In this document: positions 1 to 12,542 of the stretch, one piece after another
Position numbering within the stretch: the stretch's first letter is position 1
Layout: each line of letters begins with the position of its first letter
From: Trichosphaerium sp. ATCC 40318
Taxonomy: Eukaryota > Protista > Tubulinea
NCBI GenBank assembly: GCA_038496445.1
Contig: JALMLS010000573.1
Location: 248,001 to 312,000 of the forward strand
Length of the DNA: 64,000 nt
Direction: 5' to 3'
Translations under genes and position numbers: made by a program
The notes under the pieces: model-generated
Databases searched by the model: none
What the model saw: only the letters and a program-made list of their open reading frames with translations
What the model was told of the DNA's origin: nothing

Positions 1-608
1 ACTAGCAGAGATGTGGGGTGCTCAAAAAGATATAAATGACAACTTTGCGTATCGTACATCACAAGGATGGGTTATGAAGGGCATGATGGAACGAGTGGCT
101 AACGTATTGGGTCTGAACAAACATAAGGCAGCCCAGGCTACTAAGATGATCAATAATGCGTACATGACGCTAGCGTACCGTAAATACAAGGCGAGATGTA
201 CTATGGAAGCGAAAATCAGAGAAGAAAGGGGTAGGAAAGTTGGTAGAGGTTGTTGGAGAGCTAGCCGGCGGTCCCGGACACAAGGTCCGGACGCAGGCGT
301 TACATAGAACTAGTATACTATGGAATGGACAGGAAGGTATTTGGAAAATCACAGAAGATACGGATATGGATGTAATGGAGGAATGGATATGGAACGAACT
401 ATGTAAGGGTAAACAGGTTTTTACGCCGGGGTGGCTTTTCCTGTGTCTGGGAGGTTTTCTGTAACTTTTCCCCCAATACTTTTAATTTTTTACAACTATG
501 GTCCTAGTGGCCGTGTCGGGTGTTTGACGACTTCTTTAAGCGGCCTTTTCTGCGCCCTGCAAGTCAACGCCAGACAATAAACAATAAACAAACAAACAAA
601 CAAACAAA
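1..608 (+). mobile_element. Probable 3' end of a non-LTR retrotransposon: ORF tail, 3' UTR and (CAAA)n tail
   Basis: Intronless purine-rich ORF entering from the window edge (11-307). A stem-forming segment lies at about 516-576, followed by AATAAA x2 and a CAAA microsatellite at about 577-608. No RT motif is visible in the window. Confidence 0.4.
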
Positions 609-670
609 TGATAACGTACTTGTCATGCATCAGTTTACAGCAGATGATTTAGCTGTTGTAGAGACCTCTC

Positions 671-783
671 ATGACTATCTTGCCTTCTACACCTGGTAGA
701 GTATGTCAGCGCTGTAATCAAGTCGCTCCTTCCTCTAGTTACAATTTCTGTCACGCTTGTAGCTATGATTTACGCATATGTAG
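671..783 (+). pseudogene. CRIPT-like Cys-rich zinc-finger fragment interrupted by the mini-LTR element
   Basis: CQRCNQVAPSSSYNFCHACSYDLRIC has the CxxC..CxxC..C spacing of CRIPT. The frame is cut by the insertion at 784. Confidence 0.3.
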
Positions 784-1672
784 TGTAAGGGTACGAAGGT
801 TGGATATATGGAAACTAAGTATTTATTTAAGTAACGTAGTTAAGTACAGAGCGTTACAGATACTCCCTCACTAGGACAAACGTGGTGAAGAATCGAAGAC
901 CACGTGTAGGCTGGAAAAAGTAAAAGGTCTGTAATTAACAAAGTTGGTTGCTGACATGAGTGTCCAGAGTTTCTTTGGGATCTTGAGGCCACTATCTGTG
1001 AACAAAAGTTTACTATGAGCGTTTTGGTACTAATCTTAAGGCCGGCTATTTGTTAACAGGATCTTCGCTTACTTTATTGCTACCTGAACCTATTGTAGAT
1101 GCCTGATTTTCGCTTCAGCTTCATGCTTCTGTTGTTACCATGATCGCTTGTTGGATCTCGAGCTCTTTTGGGTTAACATTTTGAGGATTTTTTTTTTTTT
1201 TTAGGATTTATCTCTTTCTTTGAGTACCACCCCATCAACCGGAGCCACAGGTATTTAACACCTCGTGCCATAATAGAATTTTCTGATGCCGTGTCAACGT
1301 TTTTGATGTCTTGTGGACGATCTAGTTCAAATTTATGTGAGAACAATCAAATAAAACCTTTTTTGAGAAAAGGAGTGAGTTTCCGCCTGTTTTTGGCCAA
1401 TACTGTCCAGTTATCGTATTTTTTTCTTCATTAAGGTGAGATTATTTCTTTGAGGTCGGCTTTGCGGTGGGGTGTCCCTAGTACCCTCTGCTCGCTTTTT
1501 TGAATTTGTTGCCTTGCTCTAATCTCCACCTTGTCCCACTTTCTCGAGTTATTGGGCTCGAATATAATATGCAGGTTAAAATCGCGCTGTGTTCGCCATG
1601 TAAGGGTACGAAGGTTGGGTATATGGAAACTAAGTATTTATTTAAGTAACGTAGTTAAGTACAGAGCGTTAC
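784..1672 (-). mobile_element. Non-autonomous miniature LTR retrotransposon (TRIM-like)
   Basis: Direct repeats of about 75 bp at 784-858 and 1599-1672 (TGTAAG...GTTAC(A), one internal mismatch). TSD TGTAG at 779-783 and 1673-1677. On the minus strand a PBS-like TGGCGAACACAGCG directly follows the 5' LTR and a purine tract AGTGAGGGAG precedes the 3' LTR. No long internal ORF. Confidence 0.78.
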
Positions 1673-1764
1673 TGTAGCACAAGATTTCCACCAATTAACT
1701 CTGTAACGTTCCAAAGTGTTGTCTTAATAAACTTGTGAACGCCTCGCACAAAGGCGAAGCCTTT

Positions 1765-2155
1765 GGTACTCGTCTACTTAATTAAAGCGACTCGTACAAT
1801 ACGCTTTGCTATTGTCCTCGTCTTATAACGCACTCGTTATTCAGATAACTCGTTTTATTCATTAATGGCGACCTTCGTGAGAGCGTATTCGCTGAATACA
1901 GGTAAAAGACTTAGTCATTTTTCGTTCGTTTATATGAGCAGTAGCAGTACGCACTAAAACCTTACGCACTGTAATCTCTGGCCTTTGTAAAGCAAGACAC
2001 GCCAGTTTCTGGCGTGTCTACAAAAAAGGCAAGAGTAAGAATGTTACTTTTTGCCACAAGTTGTTTTTCGGCCCGGTTATGCAACGAGTACGAAGTACGA
2101 GTAAATTAGGGCCTAAAAACAACGAGTGGCGAATGGAGCTTTTTTGAACGAGTGG
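1765..2155. repeat. Hairpin/iterated-motif element, copy 1
   Basis: Perfect hairpin AGACACGCCAG-TTT-CTGGCGTGTCT at 1995-2019, with several (A)CTCGT motifs to the left and ACGAGT motifs to the right. Diverged homolog at about 3120-3460. Confidence 0.6.
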
Positions 2156-2171
2156 TACCTTTTTTGTAGAC

Positions 2172-2922
2172 GTATTGTCCGTATCATTCAAGTTTGCTAA
2201 TCTTTGCAACTTTTTGCTGTTTGTGACTTTTGGTTTTCGTGTTTAGTCAGATCTGACAGATCTTGCAACTTCTGTTAGTTCTTACAGAACTGACAATTTT
2301 GCTAGAACTAGCAGACCCAACGTTTGAAATGTGATTCACGTTATTGAAGGCTTGCTAGGCGGAAAAATCATGAATTTGCACTGCCCACGTGATTTTAAAA
2401 ACCCCAACATTTATTTTATTTTACAATTATACGGTTACATGGCGTCCGTACCACAATATCGCCTCCAGAGATACTTTGAGCGCTTTTGGAATTAATCTTT
2501 ACGGTTTTTTACCCGTTGATACGCGTCTTGACACTATGATTGTGTCAGCACTAGCGCGTGGCGGCGTAGTACGTTAGGCAACAAATAACAAGTAATTCGT
2601 ACCTTTTGGTCTTGTTCGGCTCCTTTGGACGCTTCTATGGTGAGTGTAGCATTTACAAGCGCACTTACGCAAAATACTGCGATAGTCTTGTTAGATGTGA
2701 CTTTGACATTGTATTTTTTTCTTGCGTTAAGGTACATAGACTGGAGTTGTGGAATGTGATGCATTCACATTGCACTGAACCTTCAAGTTTTTAACAGATC
2801 TGACAGAACTTACAAGAACTAGCAAAAGTGACAAGATCTAACAGATCTGTTAGTTCTTGCAAGATCTTACACTTTGATACTTCTGCCAAACCTGTCGCAA
2901 ACTTGAATGATACGGACAATAC
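2172..2922. mobile_element. MITE with perfect terminal inverted repeats, probably TA target (Tc1/mariner-like)
   Basis: GTATTGTCCGTATCATTCAAGTTTGC (2172-2197) is the exact reverse complement of 2897-2922. AGATCT/AGAACT-rich subterminal repeats occur at both ends. Non-coding interior. Confidence 0.75.
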
Positions 2923-3119
2923 CATAAGCTGTATTTCAAATAAATAAGCACAACTTAAACTTTAATTCAGTTATTTTGCTCTTAAGTTTGGCTACACGGT
3001 CTAAGGTCTGCTGTGGCTTCTGTGGTACGTTGAATACTATTATTCAGTGCTAGTGCGCCCACTCTTGCTCCTATCGGCCCAGTTGTGTTTGTAAATTCCT
3101 ACCAACCTGAATAAAAAGT

Positions 3120-3460
3120 GCGACTCGTTTACAAAAAGCGTTGCTTTTTGTTTAACTCGTCTTGTGTTATTTGCTATTAGTTAATTACTCATGTACCAAA
3201 ACGCTTTGCGTTTTAGATACACTCGTCTTCATAATTATTAGTGAATGCGCTTTGCACGTTCACAAACTCGTCTTTTAGACTTGTTTATTCTCTGAAATAT
3301 GCAGCTTAGCTGCTATAAATCGTTCGTTTTTTTCAACAGTAGAATAGAGGCTCTAAAACCATTACTACTGTACTCTATTACACTCAACAAACAGATTGCA
3401 CCAGTTTCTGGTGCATCTGCAAAAAAGGCAGGAGTTGGAAAAAAAGTGTTTACCACATCT
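3120..3460. repeat. Hairpin/iterated-motif element, copy 2
   Basis: Hairpin CAGAT(T)GCACCAG-TTT-CTGGTGCATCTG at 3392-3419, followed by CAAAAAAGGCA as in copy 1, with ACTCGT iterations upstream. Confidence 0.6.
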
Positions 3461-4283
3461 GTCAGACCTGTACATCATGGAACCCATTTACAAACTTTGA
3501 ACAATAAATAGGCTTTATTTTACTGCACAAAAACTACAAGATCTTATGATCTTGTCAGGTATGGAAAACTACAAATACTACAAATTATTGCGACCACGTG
3601 TTCTTAACCACCATTATTTTATTTGGTAGTTCTAATGACCTCTAAGGCCCAACAGTTGTCTCCTATACTCCAAAAACGGATTACTACGCTAGTTAATATC
3701 GTACACTCAGCGCAGGTACTTTGTAATTTTACTCTTTGCGCCTGAACATGCCAAAATTACCACCTGGTGCTAGTAAGTTAACATGTTTATCATTATTAGT
3801 TCGTAGCCGTTTGTATGGCTCCTTGGGGTGAGTTAAGTAATGAGAGCGCACCTAAAAATTTCAGAACTTGAACGATTTTGAACTGTACATATTGAAAACA
3901 AGCGCTTTCACTTTACAAGAATGTTAGTTACTACATCGTCTTTATAATTGTGGGAACAGAATACAAAAATCACGTGATTGCGCTATGTGGAATGGTGAAA
4001 ACGGCAAAAACGGCAAAAACTGCAAACGAAAACTTGTGGTAATAACTAACTACCCTTTTTGAACACTTGGTTTTTTTTTTCGAACTGAACACAGTGTAAT
4101 GTCTTTGTATTGTGTTATAGCGCTACAGGCACAAGGAAAACAAAATTATTGTTATTGTAATGAATCAGTAAACACAAAACCAGAACCGTAGCGCAATAAC
4201 AATTCAACGAAAAATCTCATATCCAGTTAACACTGACTTAACACTACTTTTGTACTATTTAACCTCAAGGGTGACAACACGTC

Positions 4284-7200
4284 ATGACAGAACCACAAAG
4301 TGAAGAAAACAAATGTTTAACAGGTGAGAAAAAACAATACTTGAAACCATCTCTATTCAGTTACAGGAACCTTAGCAGTTAAACCAACCAACACTCTCTA
4401 TCATTCAAGTGCTCATGTAATTGAACTTGTGATTTTGTTTGCAGGTTTGTAAGATGTAGTAATCTAATGGCTGATCAATTATAGCAACGAATGGCTATAA
4501 ATACATTGTTTCAACATTAATTGATGTGAATGCCAATCTTGATGTTGTTGATAATGGTGGATATACAGCATTGATATATGCAGGTAAGTAATGTGACACT
4601 ATTAAAATACAGTATCTAAACTGACATTACTATTTTAGCAAAAAATGGACACGATTCAATTGTATCAATGTTACTCAATGCCAAAGCCAATATTGATGCT
4701 GTTGATAAATTTGGAGATACAGCATTGATGTGTGCAGGTAAGTAATGTGACACTATTAAAATACAGTATCTAAACTGACATTACTATTTTAGTACAAAAT
4801 GGACACGATTCAATTGTATCAATGTTACTCAATGCCAAAGCCAATCTTGATGCTGTTGATAATTATGGATATACAGCATTGATGTGTGCAGGTAAGTAAT
4901 GTGACACTATTAAAATACAATATCTAAACTGACATTACTATTTTAGTACAAAATGGACACGATTCAATTGTATCAATGTTAATCAATGCCAAAGCCAATC
5001 TTGATGCTGTTGATAATTATGGATATACAGCATTGATGTGTGCAGGTAAGTAATGTGACACTATTAAAATACAATATCTAAACTGACATTACTATTTTAG
5101 CAAAAAATGGACACGATTCAATTGTATCAATGTTAATCAATGCCAAAGCCAATCTTGATGCTGTTAATGATTATGGACATACAGCATTGATGTATGCAGG
5201 TAAGTAATGTGACACTATTAAAATACAGTATCTAAACTGACATTACTATTTTAGCAAAAAATGGACACGATTCAATTGTATCAATGTTAATCAATGCCAA
5301 AGCCAATATTGATGCTGTTGATGAATTTGGAGATACAGCATTGATGTGTGCAGGTAAGTAATGTGACACTATTAAAATACAATATCTAAACTGACATTAC
5401 TATTTTAGCAAAAAATGGACACGATTCAATTGTATCAATGTTAATCAATGCCAAAGCCAATATTGATGCTGTTAATAATGGTGGAGATACAGCATTGATG
5501 TATGCAGGTAAGTAATGTGACACTATTAAAATACAATATCTAAACTGACATTACTATTTTAGTACAAAATGGACACGATTCAATTGTATCAATGTTACTC
5601 AATGCCAAAGCCAATCTTGATACTGTTAATGGAGGCAGAAAAAACCCTGATTCAGGTACCATTACAATTTATCTGTAGCACTATTTGTTGGAAGGAAAAT
5701 TAATGTTGTTAGTTTTATCACCTGATAAAGAAAAGTGGCAAGACAACCCTCTTGTGTTATTTAAAGGAGTGATATCAAATGCCCCTTTTTTTGTTGACTG
5801 GTTTATAACATTTTTAAAACGATGTCCAAGTGGCAAACAATGCCACACACTGTGGAAATCATGTTCATCATTTGCAACCAAAAAAATGAAAGCACTTTCC
5901 TCTGAATTAATGGATAAAGATAAAATGATAAAGTGGTTTCGTTTCTTGGTATGCCTACATTATATAATATCCTTTGTTGATTATTAATATACAACCTTCA
6001 GCCAACACGTTCATATTTTAACCTGGCAATGGAAAAAGGTACATGTTATTTAATATGCTCTGTATTCGATCCCAAAGTTGTAATGTCTCCAGTACGATAT
6101 CCACAAATCATAAATACACTTTTGTAACACTCTTTGTTTATCAGGACTTCTGGAAACAAAATGGACAATTAATGCAAGGTATCTTGTATGATATGCCTGA
6201 TGATGCATGGAGCAATACAGATCAAAATGAGTACTTAAAAGACACCACTGCAGGTAACAAGTTGCTGTTTCTGTTACAAAAACTAAAAGGTATTACAAAA
6301 GGGGTGAAGGCTGAAAACGCATGGAACCTGAATCCGCGATTGTATTTTGCAAACAATTGGGACAGATCTAATAGCACGTGCGTTCAAAGAGTTGTCAACT
6401 GTTGGTTTTAGTTTATTTATTTTACAAAAAGAGGTGTTATTGTAAAGGCAACGCACTATAGAACACTGAATCTTCTTGATAAAACTGACAAAGTGGCTGT
6501 CAGAGAGTTCAAGATCCTCAAACGGGAGATGTCAAAAATGCATGGATGTGACAATTATGATATCATTGAAGCAACTCTTGTTTACAATCATATCTTGACA
6601 GAGAATTTTGGTCGATCCAACAAAATACTAAAACACAGGCATCAGTAAGTATTATCAGCAGTGTAGCTGAATCAAACTGAGTTTATTATTAGAGAATTGC
6701 CTTCCAGGTTGTTTAAAAAGCAAGATTGGAAAAAGGATGTCTGCAAAGAGTACAAAGAGAGAGTTTACAAAAAATGCAATGCCATACCCACTCAAAATGA
6801 TACAAATACCAATAACAATGACATCTCAGAACAAGAGGTAATGTTCATCAAAAAGTATGCACTTACATACCTGTTGTTTAGTTGCCAGTGATATTGATGG
6901 CCCATGGAACAACTGAAGAAGCGGCTTACAGTATTGTGAAGGCTGGTTTTACTCCGAGTGGTTTAGCTGCCGGTTACTATGGTCAAGGGATCTACTTCAC
7001 AGTACACACAAAACAACATGACATTTTATTCACTTTAGTTTTCCACTGTAGCGGAGTATAAAGTATGCTTGTTCATACGATAGAACAGGAAAAAAAGGAA
7101 AAACAGTTATTTTGAGTCTTGTCACTCCTGGCAACGTATATCCTGTACACAAACAAGAATTTTATATCATGTATTAATTAATGATTACAAAAAGGTACAC

Positions 7201-7984
7201 CCAAACGACAAGTTAAGAGGACAGCCAATAAAACCAGGATACCAAAGTCATTACACATTGGTAGATAAATTGGGTAGACCTGTCGCAGAAGATAAAGTCG
7301 CCAATGCAGTATGCGATGAGCTTGTTGTTGCACAAGGTAACTCTTTAAAAAAAAGTGAAGTTTCGATCTAAATCTAAGCATCATGTTATCAGATACTCAA
7401 GCTGTTGCTCGATATGTCATCAAAGTTGCGCTGAAACAAGGAAAAAAGAAAACACGCAACAAAAATAAACCCAAGAAAGGAAATAAAAAGACAGAGAAAG
7501 GAGAAAATAAACAAACTGAAAAAGATCAAGTTTCAGATGATCTCTCCGATTCTGAGAATGATAATCTTATTAGCAACCGGTAAGACATCACAATTTAGGT
7601 TTCTTGAATAGCTCATATTGTTGTACTAGAAAATTGTGGGCTTCTCATGTGGACTCAACCGACGACCAACTGTCAACTAACAACAACGTCAATGATGTCA
7701 ATCTTGAAATAGAATTAACAAAAGTCAACCATGAGGTTGACAAACTAAAGAAGAGCAACGCGAATACGCAGGAAGTTAATGAGAATTTACGGCAAACGTT
7801 TGATAAGCATCAACAATGCATTACCAACTTGAAACAAGACAAAGGCAAGTTAATAGAACGTGCTAATCACCTACAAAATGCCAATTCGACCCAACAACAA
7901 CAAATTGCCACGTTAACAGAAATCGTCACTAGCCTACAAGATATCAACGCCAAACTAGCTCAACTTGAAAATACAACGAAGTAG
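4284..7984 (+). CDS. Ankyrin-repeat / PARP-type ADP-ribosyltransferase / coiled-coil protein, copy 1 (about 8 ANK repeats, multi-exon)
   Basis: Start MTEPQSEE is homologous to MAEPQSKN of copies 2 and 3. The 99-nt exons each encode one repeat such as AKNGHDSIVSMLLNAKANIDAVDKFGDTALMCA. Spliced catalytic domain reads ILMAHGT...GYYGQGIYFT...PGNVYP...GYQSHY...CDELVV (H-Y-E). C-terminal coiled-coil exon at about 7630-7984. Confidence 0.88.
4584..5629 (+). repeat. Tandem array of 154-bp units (55-nt intron + 99-nt ankyrin exon), 7 units
   Basis: Introns GTAAGTAATGTGACAC...TATTTTAG start at 4584, 4738, 4892, 5046, 5200, 5354 and 5508 and differ at a single G/A site. Confidence 0.95.
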
Positions 7985-9905
7985 ATCCATGTAAGCAATT
8001 TGCCAATATTCTCACAAATAAACAATCAGTTAGCTTAACCTATTGTACTCTTTGTTTACACAAACTTGTCGCGGCCACACAAAGGGCCAAACATACACCA
8101 GAAAAAACACAGCTCTAGGATTCACCACAGGCAAGATGATTTTGCTCGCGCCAAGCAACAAATAAGCATGATGCTCTCAATAATTAGATTTTTGATTTGG
8201 CTCCGAATGCGAATCTGTTCAACTGAAAATACGGTATCATCACTTCCTTTAATACCTACCCACTTGTAATATTACATAGCTATACGTTCACGTTCATTTT
8301 TTTTAAGTTGTTGTTACAGTACTCTATACAGCATAGTCAATATAGTCTTGTTTGCAACATCACAGTTAGTGCAGTTACTTATACCGGTTAGGTACATGAT
8401 TGATGTAATAATCCTTAAGCTATCCTCACTTTCTAGTTAGAACAGATACCAGTTATTTATTTGACATGTGCTGATGTGTATGACAGGTGACAGTACGGTT
8501 GATTACGAGTCTTTGAGTCATCCTATGACTTGGAAGGGACAGTAACATACGCAGACAAATGAACTAGGCAGAGAAGACTTCTGTATACCTTGAAGTAGCA
8601 AACCTCACGATTACAGCCTAGTAGGCGTCCTTGATGTCTTCCTCACGTTGAAAGCACTCATTGAAACTACGACGTAAGCCTAACAGACACCATATGTACA
8701 TCTGTCTTAGAATGAGGCGTTTTAAGCAACGGACTTTATTAACATAATGTGTGTTGCTAGGTGATTGCAACCCAAAACAAACTTGATCATTCCGTAAGTT
8801 TCTCAACTTTCACGTGGCTATTGATTCCGTCAACGAACGTGTGCTTGCAGTGCTCAATGCGCCGGGCCTACGATTTTGGTAGAAGCATTACCGAGTTAAG
8901 GTTTCGAACAGGCAGAAAAAAAATTGCAAAACGTTAGAAAAGGTTTTTCAACTATTTAATCAAACAATAGCGAATACCTTGCAGTGCAGGACCTATCCCC
9001 TTACCTTTGTAACCTGCAAGTGACTTTTTAGAGCGCTGTTTCGCGGACCATTTGTTAGTCCGACCGTCACGCACCATTATCATAACGTATTATAACGAGA
9101 ACCGTACGCCAAAATACAAGAAGTGCGCTGTTCATATCTTTTCACTGCGTAAGTGTATTGAGAAAGGTTTTTTATTGCGATCACGTGGTGAGATACAATC
9201 TTGCGCTTAGGTTTAAAAAATATTCTTTCTGTCTGTTGTTGTCATGTTAGGAGCGATAGACTACTTTACAATGGCGTATTTTAGTGGTAAAAGTAAATGC
9301 GTGAGGATTCTCACAGTCTTTTGGTCATACATAGACACTTTAGCGCAGCGGCGCGTAGCAGTGGCTAAAAGACTGGTGAAATTTTGCGTTTAACACTTGC
9401 TAGTGCCGTTCTTCAAGTGATCGATTATCCTGGTTTATGTACTGGAGACTGTGCGTATTGTACACGTATAAACATAAAACCCCGCAGTGAAACAAGCTAC
9501 GTGACCAGTTGCATGCGTAAAGCAACTTACGACTTGCAACAAAACGCCTTTGAGGTTTTTTTGCTCAACTAACACCATAGCAACCCTCAGCACGCGTGTG
9601 TGACTATTACACTCACAAAAAAAAACAACTTGTTCACTCTCTGTGCAATAACACTCAACGCAACCTCAGCACTGTATATGCGTGCGCCGTGAGCATTGTA
9701 ACCTCAAAACAAAATAGGACATAATAACAAGTGGTTTTGAGTGAGAGCCTTAAAAGAAGGATCACACTGGTGCTATGTCTAGATACTATGCTACCGAAAA
9801 AACATAAGAAGTTGCACAAGAAAATTTAATTAAGGTTACCTTATGTTGTATCGACGCCAGGTGGAGTATTGAGAGTACAGGTGATGGAGAAAAGACTAAA
9901 AACCA

Positions 9906-10014
9906 CAACGGAGCTGCACGAGGTAACAGTAAACCCTTATCACCTACGAATGGGATACCTCTACAATAAAAGCCGAACAGAGTTCAAGCCAATACTCCTA
10001 TGTTGTTGCAGCTT
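9906..10014. ncRNA. Candidate structured ncRNA, copy 1 (family and strand unresolved)
   Basis: 109 bp identical to 14482-14590 while flanks are diverged. Terminal stem AGCTGCA/TGCAGCT, internal stem GAGGTA/TACCTC and a GAAC/GTTC hairpin. Conserved flanking boxes on both sides. Confidence 0.5.
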
Positions 10015-10599
10015 AGGTCTTCCTCCACAAGAAGCAAAGTCATGACTTTTCTTTAACGGTAGTTTTTTTTTTGGTTGAAGTTTCATTTTTACGCTTTGTT
10101 TCGTTAGTTATGGTGTACACGTTGTTTTAGTGGTATTATTATAATACAGATTGTATGCTGCAAAGGCTTGAATAAACAAGGTACGGACTTGAGTTGCACA
10201 AAGATCAAAATCTTTATTGTTTACATCGACTGTGAAGTGACTTATAGTCCGTTGTTATCCCTTGGTCTCTTTGTTTCAAAAAGTCGAAATAATGCTACCG
10301 TAGCGTCACCTACGCACAGCAATGCCAGAAATAAACTTTTTGCACTGTTTTTGAGCGAGCGAATCTTCTTTAGGTCAATTCCGGCTTGAGTCAGCAGTGA
10401 GCTTGATACCAAGTTAAGGTGCGTCTTTGAATCCTATTGATCAAGGTGAAGTGACTGTAGGCTAATACATAACCTTTTTAAGAACCTATTTGATTGATTC
10501 GGGTAGAGGTGACTACATACTAATACTCATCCTTGCTAATGATCAGAACATACAATACATAAATTGTATCAAGTACATTTAAACGAATCCCAACATGGA

Positions 10600-11435
10600 C
10601 TCCAAAGTATGCGTCAGATAATGTCACATGTGATATCTTTACACGTACTGAAAACAGGTAATAAGACACAGAAAATTATGAATATTATTCGATTGTCCGT
10701 AGATGAACCCGTTTCTTTGATCACTGGTGGAAATGTAGCTGGTGAGCTTGCTGTTGGTGCTTTCGTAGTAGAAGTCATTATTGGAGCTAATGTTGTTGGA
10801 GGTGCGGTTGGAGTAAGGTTGACAGTGGCGTAGGAAATTGATCTATAGAGTGTTAGTTAAAAGATATGAAATGGAGTTGTAAGTGCACCAATAAAACAGT
10901 CAACGCCGAGAAAACATGTACTACATAAAGAAAAAAAATCAATCAAACTACACTTTTTATATTTGCTTGTTACTGTTGTAATATCCTTGAGTACGAGGGT
11001 TGAAGCATTCAGTTTTGTCAGTGATACCTAATAAAGGCGTAGACAAGCTTAAATCAATCGTATACTTGGACAGTAGTTGAGGCCATGAGCGCAGATGGCC
11101 TTGAAAACAGACAATAGCGTCATTGATACAACACCAGGATCGATTCCGCCATTCAAACCACCTGAAAAACCATTCAATACTCACACAATCTGGAGTTTAA
11201 CAACAAAAGCAAAGTACGCTCACATAGTCTCATCTAAGGTACAGAACACTGTTCTTCCACAACAGTTTGTGGAGAAGTATTGTACATTCTCCAAAAGCAC
11301 GCCCATTCGAGAAACAGGATAAATTTAGTGCTCTTTCCACAGTAAGCCGTTGGCATTTTTGGGTGTTTATGTTCATACAAGGAATGTTCGCGTTAGTGGT
11401 CGTTGGTAGGTATTGGAGGTTCTTTTGGTGCCGTG
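10600..11435 (-). pseudogene. Degenerate fragment of a secreted Cys-rich protein with Thr/Pro linker and hydrophobic C-terminus
   Basis: Minus-strand pieces such as TPTAPPTTLAPIMTSTTKAPTASSP...RIIFIIFCVLL and DKTECFNPRTQGYY. Frames are broken and no clear start was found. Confidence 0.35.
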
Positions 11436-11439
11436 TGAT

Positions 11440-12542
11440 GATAAATTACTGTAGTTCTGATCTATGGACAGGTAGTAAGACGCTAACACCCAATTCGCGT
11501 ACGATGCTCAAAAGTTTTTTTTTGTCACGTGATTAACTCGTCAAAAATAAATAGCTACTCCATGGTTTTACAAAGGCAGCGAAATTATATCTGCTGCAAT
11601 ATCCGATTTAAAGGATAATTACGGACTACGCGAAGTAACAGATGTTTTGTTCACTGGAAGTAGTGCTGGAGGCATAGGTAACAAAAAAAAGCAGTTGAAC
11701 ACACGTGAGGTCTCATATTTTGTCTGACTGGAACTTATAAGGCCTTCTCCCCAACGCTGATAGAGTGGCTGAAATGCTTCCTACCAGTAAAGTTACTGTA
11801 CTTGGTAAGTATCAAGACAAAAGTGGAATAATGCTAACAGCTATTTCTAACAATCGATAGTTGATTCCGGATGGTTCTTAGATTTCAAGCCTTACAAGCA
11901 AGGATCTTGTAAAGATGTTCCTGATTGTACAGAACAACAGGGTATGTCTCGAGGCTACAAGATATGGGAGCCAATCGTTAACAAAGGTAAAAGAAAACAA
12001 GCACTTTTTTTTCCTTTCCTAATTTACAAGGATGTTCCGCTTCAATGCCACCTGATAAGCTATATCAATGTACTCTTGGATACCACGCTTTCCCATTCAT
12101 TAAAACTGATACGTTCATATTCCAATACCAGTACGTAACGTTACTTATCAGGCATTTGTGGTTAATATATTACTAATGTTGTTTTTAGGTTCGATGGTGC
12201 TCAGATGGGTCATGATGGCATTCATGAATCCCCAAAATCTGGAGCGGAATTAATATATGCTCAAAAAGCAGCGAAAAACTTGACTGAAACATTTAGAAGC
12301 AGTGGAGCCAAAGGTGTCTTCAGGTAAACGTTTCTATGATTGTTACCTTTCGAAAAACTAAACGTGTTTGTAGTCCTTCATGTTACTTTCATACTGTACT
12401 TCGTGTTCCTTCGTGGACATCTTTGAAGATAGCTGGAAAGAGTCTAGCTGACGTATTTCATATGTGGCGTACAGGTACTGATAAAAATCAATTGTATATA
12501 GACACATGTAATACGCCTGGGTGCAACCCAACCTGCCTTTAA
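11440..12542 (+). pseudogene. Pectin acetylesterase / Notum-family hydrolase, N-terminus missing
   Basis: Motifs NYCSSDLWTG, VLFTGSSAGG, VDSGWFLD, QYQFDGAQ, SPSCYFHT and terminal CNPTCL are spread over about 7 exons. The N-terminal C-x-DG-S/T and GGGWC motifs were not found upstream. Confidence 0.75.

Noticed and set aside
4584-5629. CRISPR-like repeat/spacer array
   Set aside because: The constant parts are GT-AG introns and the intervening parts are near-identical ankyrin exons. The context is eukaryotic with no cas genes.
4284-7984. Tankyrase ortholog
   Set aside because: Shares ANK+PARP but no SAM domain is recognisable, repeat number varies between copies, and there is a coiled coil after the catalytic domain. 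No gene symbol assigned.
9906-10014. U5 snRNA, 5S rRNA or tRNA identity for the 109-bp core
   Set aside because: CGGCUUUUAUU only approximates the invariant U5 loop GCCUUUUAC and no Sm site follows. The 5S-like ATCCCATTCG is in the wrong position, and there is no cloverleaf or B box.
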